Positions 33,797 to 42,574 of a DNA stretch of 64,000 nt are shown one piece after another. A model generated the notes under the pieces. It did not search any database and was not told where the DNA came from. It saw only the letters and a program-made list of their open reading frames with translations. This DNA comes from a bacterium (lineage in GTDB: Bacteria > Desulfobacterota > Deferrisomatia > Deferrisomatales > BM512). A program made the translations under genes and the position numbers. The first letter of the stretch is position 1, and each line of letters begins with the position of its first letter. The stretch is taken from the NCBI GenBank assembly GCA_004322275.1, contig SCTA01000040.1, forward strand, positions 6,138 through 70,137. The letters run 5' to 3'.

Positions 33797-34828
33797 TTAA
33801 TTATCCGGCGCGCCCTCGGCTATCCACTGGCGGATAGCCCTGTAGTCGGGGTCTTCGGCGCTCCAGAAATACCCGCCGGCGTGGGTGAATTCGCCCGCCG
33901 GGCCCGCGATGGTCTTGGTCAGAAGCGGGCTTTCGTCCGGGGTCGCGGCGTAGTCCAGAGCGAAGTACGCTATCCCCTTCTTTTCAACGGAGGAGACGGT
34001 GGAGCCCGCGTAAGTGGTGAAATCCTGGCCGTTGCTGTAGTCGATGGAGGTTGAAGGGTCCTCGACGTCCGATTTCGTCACCAGCCTCGACATGGTGGCC
34101 CCCGGAATGTGGCAGGGCACGCACTTTGAGACGAAGATCGGCAGGATGTGCTTTTTGAAGCTCATCCCCTCCGCCGGGTAAGAGTCCAGCGTGGACTTTC
34201 TGGCGCCCCAAAGGCCGCCCCTGCTCCCCATCGCGGAATGGTGCATATTGCAGCTCATCCTGGAGGACGGGTCGGTCGCGCCGCCCACCGGGGCTATCGT
34301 GACCATCGGCGTCGTCTGGTCGCCGCTCTTCACCCACCCCTTGTACTGCCAGGTCCGCGAATCCGCGGGGTCCGCCGGCTGCGTATCGGTATAGAGCAAT
34401 ACGGTCGTGCCGGAGTGGCTGGCGATGGAGTAGGGATTGCTGGCAAAGGACGTGTAGGACCAGAAGTTCCCCACGCTGTTGCTGGTCATGCTTATGACGT
34501 TGCCGCCGATGTCCTGAAGGATTATCTCGCCGCCTTCGGCGGTCCTTCTGGCGGCGCGGTCCTCGTAAAAAGTGCCCGAAACTGAAAAGACGTAGTTCTG
34601 CGCCTTCCCATTGGGGCGGTGGCAAAGGCCGCAGTCCTCCCCCGCGTTGTGGAGCCCCGTTCCGGGGCCGTTGTCCTTGCCGGGAAGGTGGTCCGACGGG
34701 GCGGGCTGGTACATGCGCCCTGCGGCGGAAAAGTTTTCCGGGCCGTAATCTGCGGCGACGGCGCAAAGCGCCGTCCCGAAAAGCCCGATGGCGATTAAAG
34801 CGTTTATGTTCAAAATGGTTTTTCTCAT
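33797..34828 (-). CDS. Secreted c-type cytochrome with PSCyt1-like C-terminal domain
   Basis: It is trimmed to the ATG at 34828 (MRKTILNINALIAIGLFGTALCAVA signal peptide). There are two CXXCH sites (CGLCH, CVPCH). The C-terminus ILPIFVSKCVPCH...YRAIRQWIAEGAP resembles the planctomycete cytochrome c domain. Confidence 0.7.
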   Translation of the reverse strand: MRKTILNINALIAIGLFGTALCAVAADYGPENFSAAGRMYQPAPSDHLPGKDNGPGTGLHNAGEDCGLCHRPNGKAQNYVFSVSGTFYEDRAARRTAEGGEIILQDIGGNVISMTSNSVGNFWSYTSFASNPYSIASHSGTTVLLYTDTQPADPADSRTWQYKGWVKSGDQTTPMVTIAPVGGATDPSSRMSCNMHHSAMGSRGGLWGARKSTLDSYPAEGMSFKKHILPIFVSKCVPCHIPGATMSRLVTKSDVEDPSTSIDYSNGQDFTTYAGSTVSSVEKKGIAYFALDYAATPDESPLLTKTIAGPAGEFTHAGGYFWSAEDPDYRAIRQWIAEGAPDN

Positions 34829-34866
34829 CTCAAAATCTCCCTTAAAGGATGATGGGGGATATCCTC

Positions 34867-36249
34867 CTAATGACAACTGCCGCTTCCGCCCGTATCTCCG
34901 CCGCTGCTGCCTCCGGTGACCGGGGCTCCGGTAGCGGGATCGATCATGCTCACCCCTCCGGTGTTGCCGTTCGAGAGGGGGCCGCCGATCATGATGTTTC
35001 CCTCGGCGTTTGCAGCGAGACAGACGCCGTAGCCCTGACCCTCTATCATTGCGTCGAAGGAGGTCGCGGAGGAGAGCGTGGAGGCGGAATTCACGTCCTT
35101 GCCCTTGAAGAAATAGACCTTTCCGCCCATGGGCTTTCCGGCGCAGTTGCAAAGAGGGGCGCTGACGGCGAAATCGGGCTTGCCGTCTTCGTCGATATCT
35201 CCCGCGAGCGCGATAGCAAAACCGAAACGATCGAAGGGACCTGCTCCGCAGATTTTGGCGAGGAGATCGGAGGGATTCGTTGAGAGATCGATCGTCCTCG
35301 TTCCGGTTCCTCCCTTTATCACGTAAAGGCAGCCGGTTTCCTTGCCATCGTTTACAACCGCCTTGGGCGCTCCGATAGCGAACTCGCCGAAGCCGTCTCC
35401 GTCGATATCGCCAAGCACCGCCAGGGTTCTTCCAAAGCCGGTGGCGGCGCTGGTGACGGTCACGTCGGGAGCCGAAAGCGAGGGGGAGAAGGCGGGACCG
35501 CCGTAAAAGCCGAGAACCTTCCCGGAAGCAGAGATAAGGAGGTCATCGGTTCCGTCGCCGTTTACGTCTCCGGAAGCGGCCGACCATCCCAGTCCCTTTA
35601 CCGCCGAAGTTGCGTACAGCGAAATTGTGCGCGTCAAATCCGGCCCGAAATAAAGGTAAACCGCCCCCTGGCTCTGGAGCGCCGGGTCGCTGGTGTTGAA
35701 GGGAGCCCCCGCAATCACGTCGGAGTATCCGTCGCCGTCCAGATCTCCTCCGGCGATGGCGTAGCCGAACTTGGCAAGCGGATACTCCCCGGAGAGCTTT
35801 TTTATCAGCTCTCCGCCGGTCCCTCCCCGGTAGACGTAGACGCTTCCGCTGAGGGAAGGGTCGCTGGCTCCGTCGCCGGAACCGTTTAGGGCGCAAACGG
35901 CGAAATCGTCGATGCCGTCTTTGTCCACGTCTCCCACGTTGGCGAAGGAAAAGCCGAAATTGTCGTCGCCGGTGAGCACCATCGAGGGCCTCGTGCCGTA
36001 ACCTTCGCCCTCCCTGGTGTAAACCAGAAGCGCTCCGGTCTTTGAGGCCGCTTCCGCGTAAGGAGCGCCGACGATCTTGTCTTCGTCGCCGTCGCCGTCT
36101 ATGTCCACAAACCCGCCGGCCGATCCCTGCCTGCTGTTCGTGAGGGTTATCGAGCTGTCCACGGAACCGTCGCCGCCGCCGCTTCCGCTGCAACCTATAA
36201 ACGAGAGCGCCATAGCCAGGGCCAGACCTCCCTGAATTATTTTCTTCAT
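34867..36249 (-). CDS. FG-GAP repeat lipoprotein
   Basis: It is trimmed to the ATG at 36249 and has lipobox LSFIGC. There are six or more FG-GAP/Ca-binding units (DIDGDGDED, DVDKDGIDD, DLDGDGYSD, DVNGDGTDD, DIDGDGFGE, DIDEDGKPD). The C-terminus is GGSGSCH. Confidence 0.8.
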   Translation of the reverse strand: MKKIIQGGLALAMALSFIGCSGSGGGDGSVDSSITLTNSRQGSAGGFVDIDGDGDEDKIVGAPYAEAASKTGALLVYTREGEGYGTRPSMVLTGDDNFGFSFANVGDVDKDGIDDFAVCALNGSGDGASDPSLSGSVYVYRGGTGGELIKKLSGEYPLAKFGYAIAGGDLDGDGYSDVIAGAPFNTSDPALQSQGAVYLYFGPDLTRTISLYATSAVKGLGWSAASGDVNGDGTDDLLISASGKVLGFYGGPAFSPSLSAPDVTVTSAATGFGRTLAVLGDIDGDGFGEFAIGAPKAVVNDGKETGCLYVIKGGTGTRTIDLSTNPSDLLAKICGAGPFDRFGFAIALAGDIDEDGKPDFAVSAPLCNCAGKPMGGKVYFFKGKDVNSASTLSSATSFDAMIEGQGYGVCLAANAEGNIMIGGPLSNGNTGGVSMIDPATGAPVTGGSSGGDTGGSGSCH

Positions 36250-36383
36250 CGAAACTCTCCTTTTATCCAGCAAATTCTTACGTTTCCTGAGGATTTTCCC
36301 GTACCGCCCGGAACAAGGGCGCACAACAAGGCCTTCGACTTTGCGGGTGTGCTATCTTGCTTTAGAGACGGTTTCGGGAGCTG

Positions 36384-36866
36384 TCAGACGAGGGAGGCCA
36401 CTTTGGGAGGGGGGTCGGGAGGTTCCGGGTAACGCCCGGCGGGAGTTTCCGAATGGGTTGAATAGCTCAGAACCCGCCATTCGCCGGTTTCGGCCCGTGA
36501 AACCACCGGCAGGAAAAGATCGGGCTTCCCCTGGGAGGAATCGATAAATCCTGCCCTGTCGCCGCAGGGAGCGGCGTAAAAGCCGGGCAACGAACTGTCG
36601 CGGTCTTGCCCGGATTTTTCATCGCTCTCGTGCTGGCCCGAATCGCAGCAGGAGGGCTCCTCCTGCCGGTAGCAGCAACAGGTCTTCGCGGCCACCCGCT
36701 CCGGCGCGCAGCCGCAAAGCTCGTGGTTTCCCATGCAGACGGCGGAGTGAGATCCGGAATTGACGGCCTTGCCGGGAGGTTGAAAGACGACGGAAAGCTG
36801 CATCAGCGCCAGCGTCACCGCCAGCACCGTCACGACAATCGCAGTTTTCGTCGAAATTCTCTTCAC
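36384..36866 (-). CDS. Membrane-anchored Cys-rich protein
   Basis: GTG start at 36866 with an AAAGGA Shine-Dalgarno. It has one N-terminal TM helix, then 8 Cys in ~32 residues (CMGNHELCGCAPERVAAKTCCCYRQEEPSCC). No family was recognised. Confidence 0.55.
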   Translation of the reverse strand: MKRISTKTAIVVTVLAVTLALMQLSVVFQPPGKAVNSGSHSAVCMGNHELCGCAPERVAAKTCCCYRQEEPSCCDSGQHESDEKSGQDRDSSLPGFYAAPCGDRAGFIDSSQGKPDLFLPVVSRAETGEWRVLSYSTHSETPAGRYPEPPDPPPKVASLV

Positions 36867-36881
36867 TCTCTATCCTTTAAC

Positions 36882-37889
36882 CTAGAAGCTCGCTGAAAAT
36901 GACGCAACAAGCCCGTATTTCGTAACGAGTTGAATCCCGTTCACGCGCTCCCAAAGCGGAAACTGGAATTTCAGGCTGACGTTCGCGCTGCCTGGCGGAC
37001 TCAGTTCCAGTCCGGCCGAGCCCCAAAGGGCGTCGCCGCCGGTGTTGGCCGTATCGTCGATAAGGCTCGCCGGGTTGGTGTACTTGCCGTCCCGGTCGCT
37101 GGCTTTTCCAACGTCCAGAAATTCCAGCCCTCCGGAGATTCCCAGCCGCCTCAGCGGGTAATACCTGCCCGTGGCCTTGAGGGAGGCGACGCTGCCGAAG
37201 CGGTAACCCTCGGGATTCCGGGTTGCGTACTGGTAGGAAGCCGAAAGGTCGAAGGAGACTTTCTCCCCCTCCCTCCCGTAGGCGATAAACGCCAGAGGGT
37301 CCCAAGAGCCGGAGCCGGGCTGCATGTGGGCGTGGATGAAATTCCCCGAGGAACCCTTCTTCCTGTAATCGCCCGAGGGAGTTTTGACGCCCGCGCCCAC
37401 GGTCAGGGAGCCGTTATCCGTTTCGGAAGGAGGAGAAATAACGTAACCGGAGCGAAGGACGATATCCCCGAGGCCCGATACCGGGTCCATCTCCGTCTCT
37501 TCCCAGCCCAGTCCGGGACCGCGGTCAAGAGACATAGCCATCGTGTAGCGGACGTAGGGAACGGCGACGGATACCGGGGTGCGCGGGTTCGGCTTGTAGC
37601 CCGCCGAAAGGGTGTACCTTTCCATCTCCATATCGACCGGTATGACCGTGTAATCGGTCTTTTCGCGGATGTCGCCGATGGAAAGGCTTTCGGCCCCCTC
37701 GCGGTACCCCTCCATCAGAGAGTAGCTGTAGGAAAGCCCCATCAGGAACCTGTCGCCGATGGCGGTGTTTCCCGCTTCCGCATGGTCCGAACCCGCGGAT
37801 TCGCAGCAGGGGCTCGACGCCCTGGAAGGAACGGAGATGAGCAGGAGAGCCGCCGATAACAGCAATGCAATACGAAAATTAATCTTCAC
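36882..37889 (-). CDS. Outer-membrane beta-barrel protein (MetA-pathway/phenol-degradation-like transporter family)
   Basis: It has a signal peptide, alternating-hydrophobicity strands, an SGLGD motif and a C-terminal aromatic residue (...SFSASF). The mature N-terminus is SSPCCESAGSDHAEAG. The start codon at 37889 is GTG. Confidence 0.65.
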   Translation of the reverse strand: MKINFRIALLLSAALLLISVPSRASSPCCESAGSDHAEAGNTAIGDRFLMGLSYSYSLMEGYREGAESLSIGDIREKTDYTVIPVDMEMERYTLSAGYKPNPRTPVSVAVPYVRYTMAMSLDRGPGLGWEETEMDPVSGLGDIVLRSGYVISPPSETDNGSLTVGAGVKTPSGDYRKKGSSGNFIHAHMQPGSGSWDPLAFIAYGREGEKVSFDLSASYQYATRNPEGYRFGSVASLKATGRYYPLRRLGISGGLEFLDVGKASDRDGKYTNPASLIDDTANTGGDALWGSAGLELSPPGSANVSLKFQFPLWERVNGIQLVTKYGLVASFSASF

Positions 37890-38153
37890 TGGTCTTTTGC
37901 CCTTTGGAACCGGTGCATTTTCCGCATCGTTTTGCGGGTTATTTGAAGTCTAGGTTACGCGCCGCCGGTTGCAAGAGGCTGTACGGCTCAATCTTTCGTA
38001 GGAATTCCGGAATATGGACATGAGCGTTTGTCCTACAGGAGGAGAAGCTTTGCGGGTCAACCCTTGCCGAAAAAAAAATTTCGGCTCAAAATTTTTTCGC
38101 CCCCGCGCGCCAAATCATGGTTAAATTGGTAATAGTTTTAAAAAGGAGAGCAA

Positions 38154-38708
38154 ATGGCAAAGTGCCCAGGGCAGGATACCGCGCAGTGGGGCTACGATTC
38201 GATCTTCGACGTCGAGTGCCCCAAGTGTAAAAAGCCGGTTGAGTTTTTCAAGGACGAGATGCGCCGCAAGTGCGGAAGCTGCGGCGAGCGGGTCTTCAAC
38301 GACAGGATGGATCTCGGGTGCGCCAAGTGGTGCCCCTCGGCCGAATCCTGCATCGGCGCGGACGGGCTTCGGGACTTCAAGGTAAACGAGCAGCGGAAAA
38401 CGCGGCGCGAAGACCTACGCGAGCTTTTGTCCCACTCCGGCGGCGACGCCGAGGTTGAGGAGCTCTTCAAGACCCTTTACAGCGAATATCCGAAGGACGA
38501 TGCGATCTTCGACACCAACCGGCTGGCCACGGTTCAGGAGAGAAACGAAAACCTCTTCAACCGCGCGACAGCCGTTTTCAGAAAGTTCCTCCAGGAGCGC
38601 GCCGAAACGGCCAAGCGAGCCGCCGAAGGCCGCGCCCGCACTGAGGAACTTCTCTCGCACGACCAGTACTCGAAAAGAAAGAAAGAACTGGCGGAACGCG
38701 GAAAATAA
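38154..38708 (+). CDS. Cys-rich zinc-ribbon protein with charged helical C-terminus
   Basis: KCPGQD...CPKCKKPVEFF...CGSCGERV...GCAKWCPSAESC. A GGAGAG Shine-Dalgarno lies upstream. No family was recognised with certainty. Confidence 0.6.
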   Translation: MAKCPGQDTAQWGYDSIFDVECPKCKKPVEFFKDEMRRKCGSCGERVFNDRMDLGCAKWCPSAESCIGADGLRDFKVNEQRKTRREDLRELLSHSGGDAEVEELFKTLYSEYPKDDAIFDTNRLATVQERNENLFNRATAVFRKFLQERAETAKRAAEGRARTEELLSHDQYSKRKKELAERGK

Positions 38709-38805
38709 AACAGCTCTTGACAGCGGATTACAGTTAATCCATTCTTTCCACTCGTAAAAAACTCGAGGCATGAAGCCTCGTAACCAAAACCCGGAGGACA
38801 AAAAC

Positions 38806-38976
38806 ATGGCTTACAAGATAACCGATAAGTGTCAGGCCTGTGGTGAGTGTGTAGACGCTTGCCCGGTGGGCGCAATCTCCGAGAGCGGCGGCAAATACTT
38901 GATCGACGCGGACAGCTGTGTCGATTGCGGCACCTGCGCTGAAGAGTGCCCCTCCAACGCCATCGAAGAAGCCTGA
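38806..38976 (+). CDS. 2x[4Fe-4S] clostridial-type ferredoxin
   Basis: 56 aa with CQACGECVDACP and CVDCGTCAEECP. The track ORF is trimmed to the ATG at 38806, preceded by GGAGGA. Confidence 0.9.
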   Translation: MAYKITDKCQACGECVDACPVGAISESGGKYLIDADSCVDCGTCAEECPSNAIEEA

Positions 38977-38997
38977 GCTTTGCGGCTTTGCCGTAGG

Positions 38998-39030
38998 AAA
39001 GCCGGAGCCTTTGGTTCCGGCTTTTTTCTT
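38998..39030 (+). terminator. Rho-independent terminator after the ferredoxin gene
   Basis: Stem AAAGCCGGA / TCCGGCTTT with a 9-nt loop, followed by TTTCTTTTT. Confidence 0.6.
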
Positions 39031-39049
39031 TTTCGGCGCGGAATTTGAA

Positions 39050-41359
39050 GTGAAAAAACCGTTTGAGAGAAGATTTTTAAGAGTCTCCGGCATCGTGCAG
39101 GGGGTGGGGTTCCGCCCCTTCGCGGCCCGGCTCGCGGGCGGCCTCGGGCTGACGGGGCAGGTCGCCAACACCACCCGGGGGGTGGAGATCGAGATTCAGG
39201 GCAAAAAAGCCGTCCTCGACGAGTTCTGCAGCCGCCTTGAACGCGAACTTCCCCCCGTCGCCCTGATCCTCGGCGTAGAGTGCGAAAACATTTCTCCCGT
39301 TTCCGGCGAAAACTCCTTTAAAATCGTCTCCTCGCGCACCGACCCGGTCTCCTCGGTGATAATCCCCCCGGACATCGCCACCTGCCCTAAATGTCTGGCG
39401 GAACTTCTCGACCCCTCGGACCGGCGCTTCGGTTATCCCTTCATCAACTGCACCGATTGCGGCCCGCGCTATACGATTATCGAAAAAACCCCCTATGACC
39501 GCCCCAACACCTCGATGGCGGGTTTTACAATGTGCCCGGCGTGCGAGACGGAGTACGAAGCGCCGCAAAGTAGGCGCTTTCACGCGCAGCCCAACGCCTG
39601 CCCCGCCTGCGGCCCATCGCTTTGGGCTCTCGACGGCTCGGGAGAGAGAATAGATTCTGAACCGGTCGCCGAAGCCGCAAGGATCCTCTCCTCGGGGGGC
39701 ATAGTCGCCCTTCTCGGAATCGGGGGTTTCCACCTCGCCTGCGACGCGGCGAACGAAGACGCCGTCACCCTCCTTCGCCGAAGAAAGAAGCGGCCGGGAA
39801 AGCCCTTCGCGGTGATGGCGGACTCCATGAAGACCGCCAGGAGCGCGGGCAGGCTGTCGCAGGGCTCCGAGAGGGAGCTTGCGGGCCCTTGGGCGCCGAT
39901 TGTCCTTTGCCCGTCAAGGGAGACCTCGCCGGTCACCCCCTCCGTCGCGCCGGGGCAAAACACCGTGGGGCTCTTCCTTCCCTACGCACCCCTCCACCAC
40001 CTTCTCTTTAAAGACGAAGGTTCGCCCCGCCTGCTGGTAATGACCAGCGGCAACCGGAGCGACGAACCGCTTATCTCCACTGTGAAAGAGGCGCTTGAAA
40101 AACTCGGCGGGGTCGCCGACCTCTTTTTGGTCCACGACCGCCCGATAATCCACCCGGTGGACGATTCGGTGCTAAAGGATATGGGGTCGCTGGGAGTTGT
40201 GGCTGTCAGAAGGGCGAGGGGCTACGCCCCCAGGCCCGTTCCTGTGAAGGGAAAGAACCCCGGAACGGTTCTGGCGGTGGGTGCGGAGCTTATGAGCGCG
40301 GTGACGGTCCTGCAGGGCGGCCTCGCCTTCGTGGGCTCACATGTGGGTGACCTCAAAAACCTCGAAACCGAGGAGTACTTCCGAAGGGGAGTAACCCACC
40401 TTCTGGAGCTGCTGCGGGCCAGGCCAGTCCTCGCCGCCTGCGACCTCCACCCCTCTTACCGCTCGACGGCTTTCGCCGAAGAATACTCAGCCGAAGAGTC
40501 CATCCCCCTCCTTCGCATCCAGCACCACGAGGCGCACGGGGCGGGGTGCATGGCCGAAAACTCCTTCACCGGCGAGGGAGTGGTTCTGGCTCTCGACGGC
40601 GTCGGCTACGGCCACGACGGGACGATCTGGGGGGGAGAGATTCTGACCGGCAAGCCCGGCTCCTTCTCCCGCAAGGCGCACCTTCTGCCAGTCCCCCAGC
40701 CGGGAGGCGACAGCGCGGCGCTGGAACCCTGGAGGATGGCGGCCTCGCACCTTCGCCTTATCGCGGGAAGCGGCTGGAAGGAGCTGCCTCTGGGCATTTT
40801 CAGAGGAAAGACGCCTGAGGAGTTGACGACTCTGGATGCGATGATGGAAAAGGGGCTGGGTTCCCCCCTCACCTCCTCCTGCGGCAGGCTTTTCGACTCG
40901 GCCGCCGCCATTGCCCTCGGCATTGAGGGGCGGATACTCTATTCGGCGCAGGGGCCGATGGAACTGGAAGCCGCCGCTTCGCGCTCGCTCTCTTCGAGAA
41001 ATTACCCGGAGGGAAAGATAACCCCCGACGGCTCGAAGTTTATAATCGACCCCTCTCCCCTCCTTCAGGCTCTTCTGGACGACGCGCTGAAAAACCGCGA
41101 CAAGTCCGCGATGGCCAGAAGCTTTCACGAGGCGCTGGCGAAGACCTTTTTTACGGCGGCAAAGAGCGTCGCGGAAAGAGAAGGGCTGAATGACGTTTTT
41201 CTCACGGGCGGCTGCTTTTTCAACTCGATTCTCGCCGAATCGCTAAAGCTCATGCTGGAAAAAGAGGGGCTCAAGGTCCACCACCACCGCCTGATACCCC
41301 CCGGCGACGGCGGAATATCCTACGGCCAGGCTAGCTGGATCGCGCTCAAGGGCTCCTAG
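39050..41359 (+). CDS. hypF: [NiFe]-hydrogenase maturation carbamoyltransferase
   Basis: It has an acylphosphatase domain (VSGIVQGVGFRPF), two zinc-finger pairs (CPKC...CTDCGPRYT, CPAC...CPACGP), a YrdC-like domain and a Kae1-like C-terminal domain. I propose a GTG start at 39050, after the terminator. Confidence 0.92.
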   Translation: MKKPFERRFLRVSGIVQGVGFRPFAARLAGGLGLTGQVANTTRGVEIEIQGKKAVLDEFCSRLERELPPVALILGVECENISPVSGENSFKIVSSRTDPVSSVIIPPDIATCPKCLAELLDPSDRRFGYPFINCTDCGPRYTIIEKTPYDRPNTSMAGFTMCPACETEYEAPQSRRFHAQPNACPACGPSLWALDGSGERIDSEPVAEAARILSSGGIVALLGIGGFHLACDAANEDAVTLLRRRKKRPGKPFAVMADSMKTARSAGRLSQGSERELAGPWAPIVLCPSRETSPVTPSVAPGQNTVGLFLPYAPLHHLLFKDEGSPRLLVMTSGNRSDEPLISTVKEALEKLGGVADLFLVHDRPIIHPVDDSVLKDMGSLGVVAVRRARGYAPRPVPVKGKNPGTVLAVGAELMSAVTVLQGGLAFVGSHVGDLKNLETEEYFRRGVTHLLELLRARPVLAACDLHPSYRSTAFAEEYSAEESIPLLRIQHHEAHGAGCMAENSFTGEGVVLALDGVGYGHDGTIWGGEILTGKPGSFSRKAHLLPVPQPGGDSAALEPWRMAASHLRLIAGSGWKELPLGIFRGKTPEELTTLDAMMEKGLGSPLTSSCGRLFDSAAAIALGIEGRILYSAQGPMELEAAASRSLSSRNYPEGKITPDGSKFIIDPSPLLQALLDDALKNRDKSAMARSFHEALAKTFFTAAKSVAEREGLNDVFLTGGCFFNSILAESLKLMLEKEGLKVHHHRLIPPGDGGISYGQASWIALKGS

Positions 41360-41667
41360 AAAACCACGCCCCTCACGCATTTTTTGTTGTGGTAAACCGT
41401 GGGATAACCCCTGCAAACTTCCGGCTTCGCGTCGTGTATCCCGCAGACGGCGCGATCCGGTCCTTCGCGCACGATGAAAGGGCAGGCTTCCTGCCTCGAA
41501 CCGTCGCTCTTCACCCAGAGAGCGCCGTCCTCGCCCACCGCCGAGAGGATGTCCGCTCGCCCCTCCTTACGCCATCGTTCCAGGTCGCTTTGGGAAGCCG
41601 TGAGCGCCGCCCCATAAAGATCGCAGCAGATACCGCAGGCGACACAGCCGTTATTTTTTTCAGTCAT
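41356..41667 (-). CDS. YkgJ-family zinc/iron-chelating protein (CxxCxxCC)
   Basis: GCVACGICCDLYG motif. It is trimmed to the ATG at 41667, because the track ORF's extra 60 codons run through the repeat at 41703-41848. The 3' end overlaps the hypF stop by 4 nt (convergent genes). Confidence 0.75.
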   Translation of the reverse strand: MTEKNNGCVACGICCDLYGAALTASQSDLERWRKEGRADILSAVGEDGALWVKSDGSRQEACPFIVREGPDRAVCGIHDAKPEVCRGYPTVYHNKKCVRGVVF

Positions 41668-41702
41668 GGCTTTACCCCCTGTAAATCTGGTATTTTCCCT
41701 TC

Positions 41703-41848
41703 GGAGGCTTTGAAAAACTGTTGCGAGCCCCGTTTTCTGCGTCGCGTGCTCGCTCAAAGCTCGGCGTATTAAACTATACTGCCTCGCTTCTCGCTGCGCG
41801 TCTCCTTGAAACCGGGGCTTCTCTCGACGTTTTTCAACAGCCTCCAAG
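41703..41848 (+). repeat. ~145-bp intergenic repeat element, copy 2 (subfamily A)
   Basis: See 9522-9665. The arms are identical apart from a few mismatches, and the central ~27 nt differ (AAAGCTCGGCGTATTAAACTATACTGC here). Confidence 0.85.
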
Positions 41849-41919
41849 ACAAATTTTGAAAGGCTAAACTGCTTTTGACCACTGAAAATTCAGAATACAT
41901 AGAACCGGCGGAGAATCCA

Positions 41920-42462
41920 ATGGGCAGGGCGGCTTTCGCCTACGGCCTCGGGATAATACTGGCGCTGGTGACGATCTTCTGGCTGAAAAAGCCCCTCGTC
42001 TTTTACGGCGCGACGCGCGGGGAGGAGTTCTTCCTCGGCAAAAATCCGAGGGAAAGCATTCTTTTCGGCCTCGCCGCCGGAGGCGCGCTCATCGTCACGG
42101 GCGAGCTTTTCATGCGCTTCACCCACTGGGGCAAGGCCGTCGTGCGGATGCTTCGGGCCGTCGTGGGGCTCTTGCATCCCATGGACGCCCTGCTGCTGGC
42201 CTTCCTCAGCTCCTTCGGCGAAGAACTTATCTTCAGGGGCGTCCTTCTGCCCTACCTTGGGCTTTACGGCTCCTCCTTCGTCTTCGGCCTCCTCCACCTG
42301 GTCCCCAGAAAGAAGATGTGGGTCTGGTCGGTCTGGGCCCTCGGAGCGGGACTCGGACTCGGCTGGCTCGCCGTCAGGACCGGGGGGCTTCTCGCGCCCA
42401 CCCTGGCTCACTTCGGAGTCAATTTCCTCGGCCTCTACTTCCTCGGCAGGAGAAAAATTTAA
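41920..42462 (+). CDS. CPBP-family intramembrane glutamic endopeptidase (CAAX protease-like)
   Basis: SFGEELIFRGVLLPYLG and FGLLHLV motifs. The start is either the ATG at 41920 or the TTG at 41875. Confidence 0.8.
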   Translation: MGRAAFAYGLGIILALVTIFWLKKPLVFYGATRGEEFFLGKNPRESILFGLAAGGALIVTGELFMRFTHWGKAVVRMLRAVVGLLHPMDALLLAFLSSFGEELIFRGVLLPYLGLYGSSFVFGLLHLVPRKKMWVWSVWALGAGLGLGWLAVRTGGLLAPTLAHFGVNFLGLYFLGRRKI

Positions 42463-42574
42463 TAATCGCCTCCTCCGGGGAAATTGAAACGCTCTCCTGC
42501 TCCGGTAAAATGGTAGAATGCGGCGTCCGCCGGAAGGCTGCACCGGCGGAAGGACTTATACCCTTTAGAGGTAA

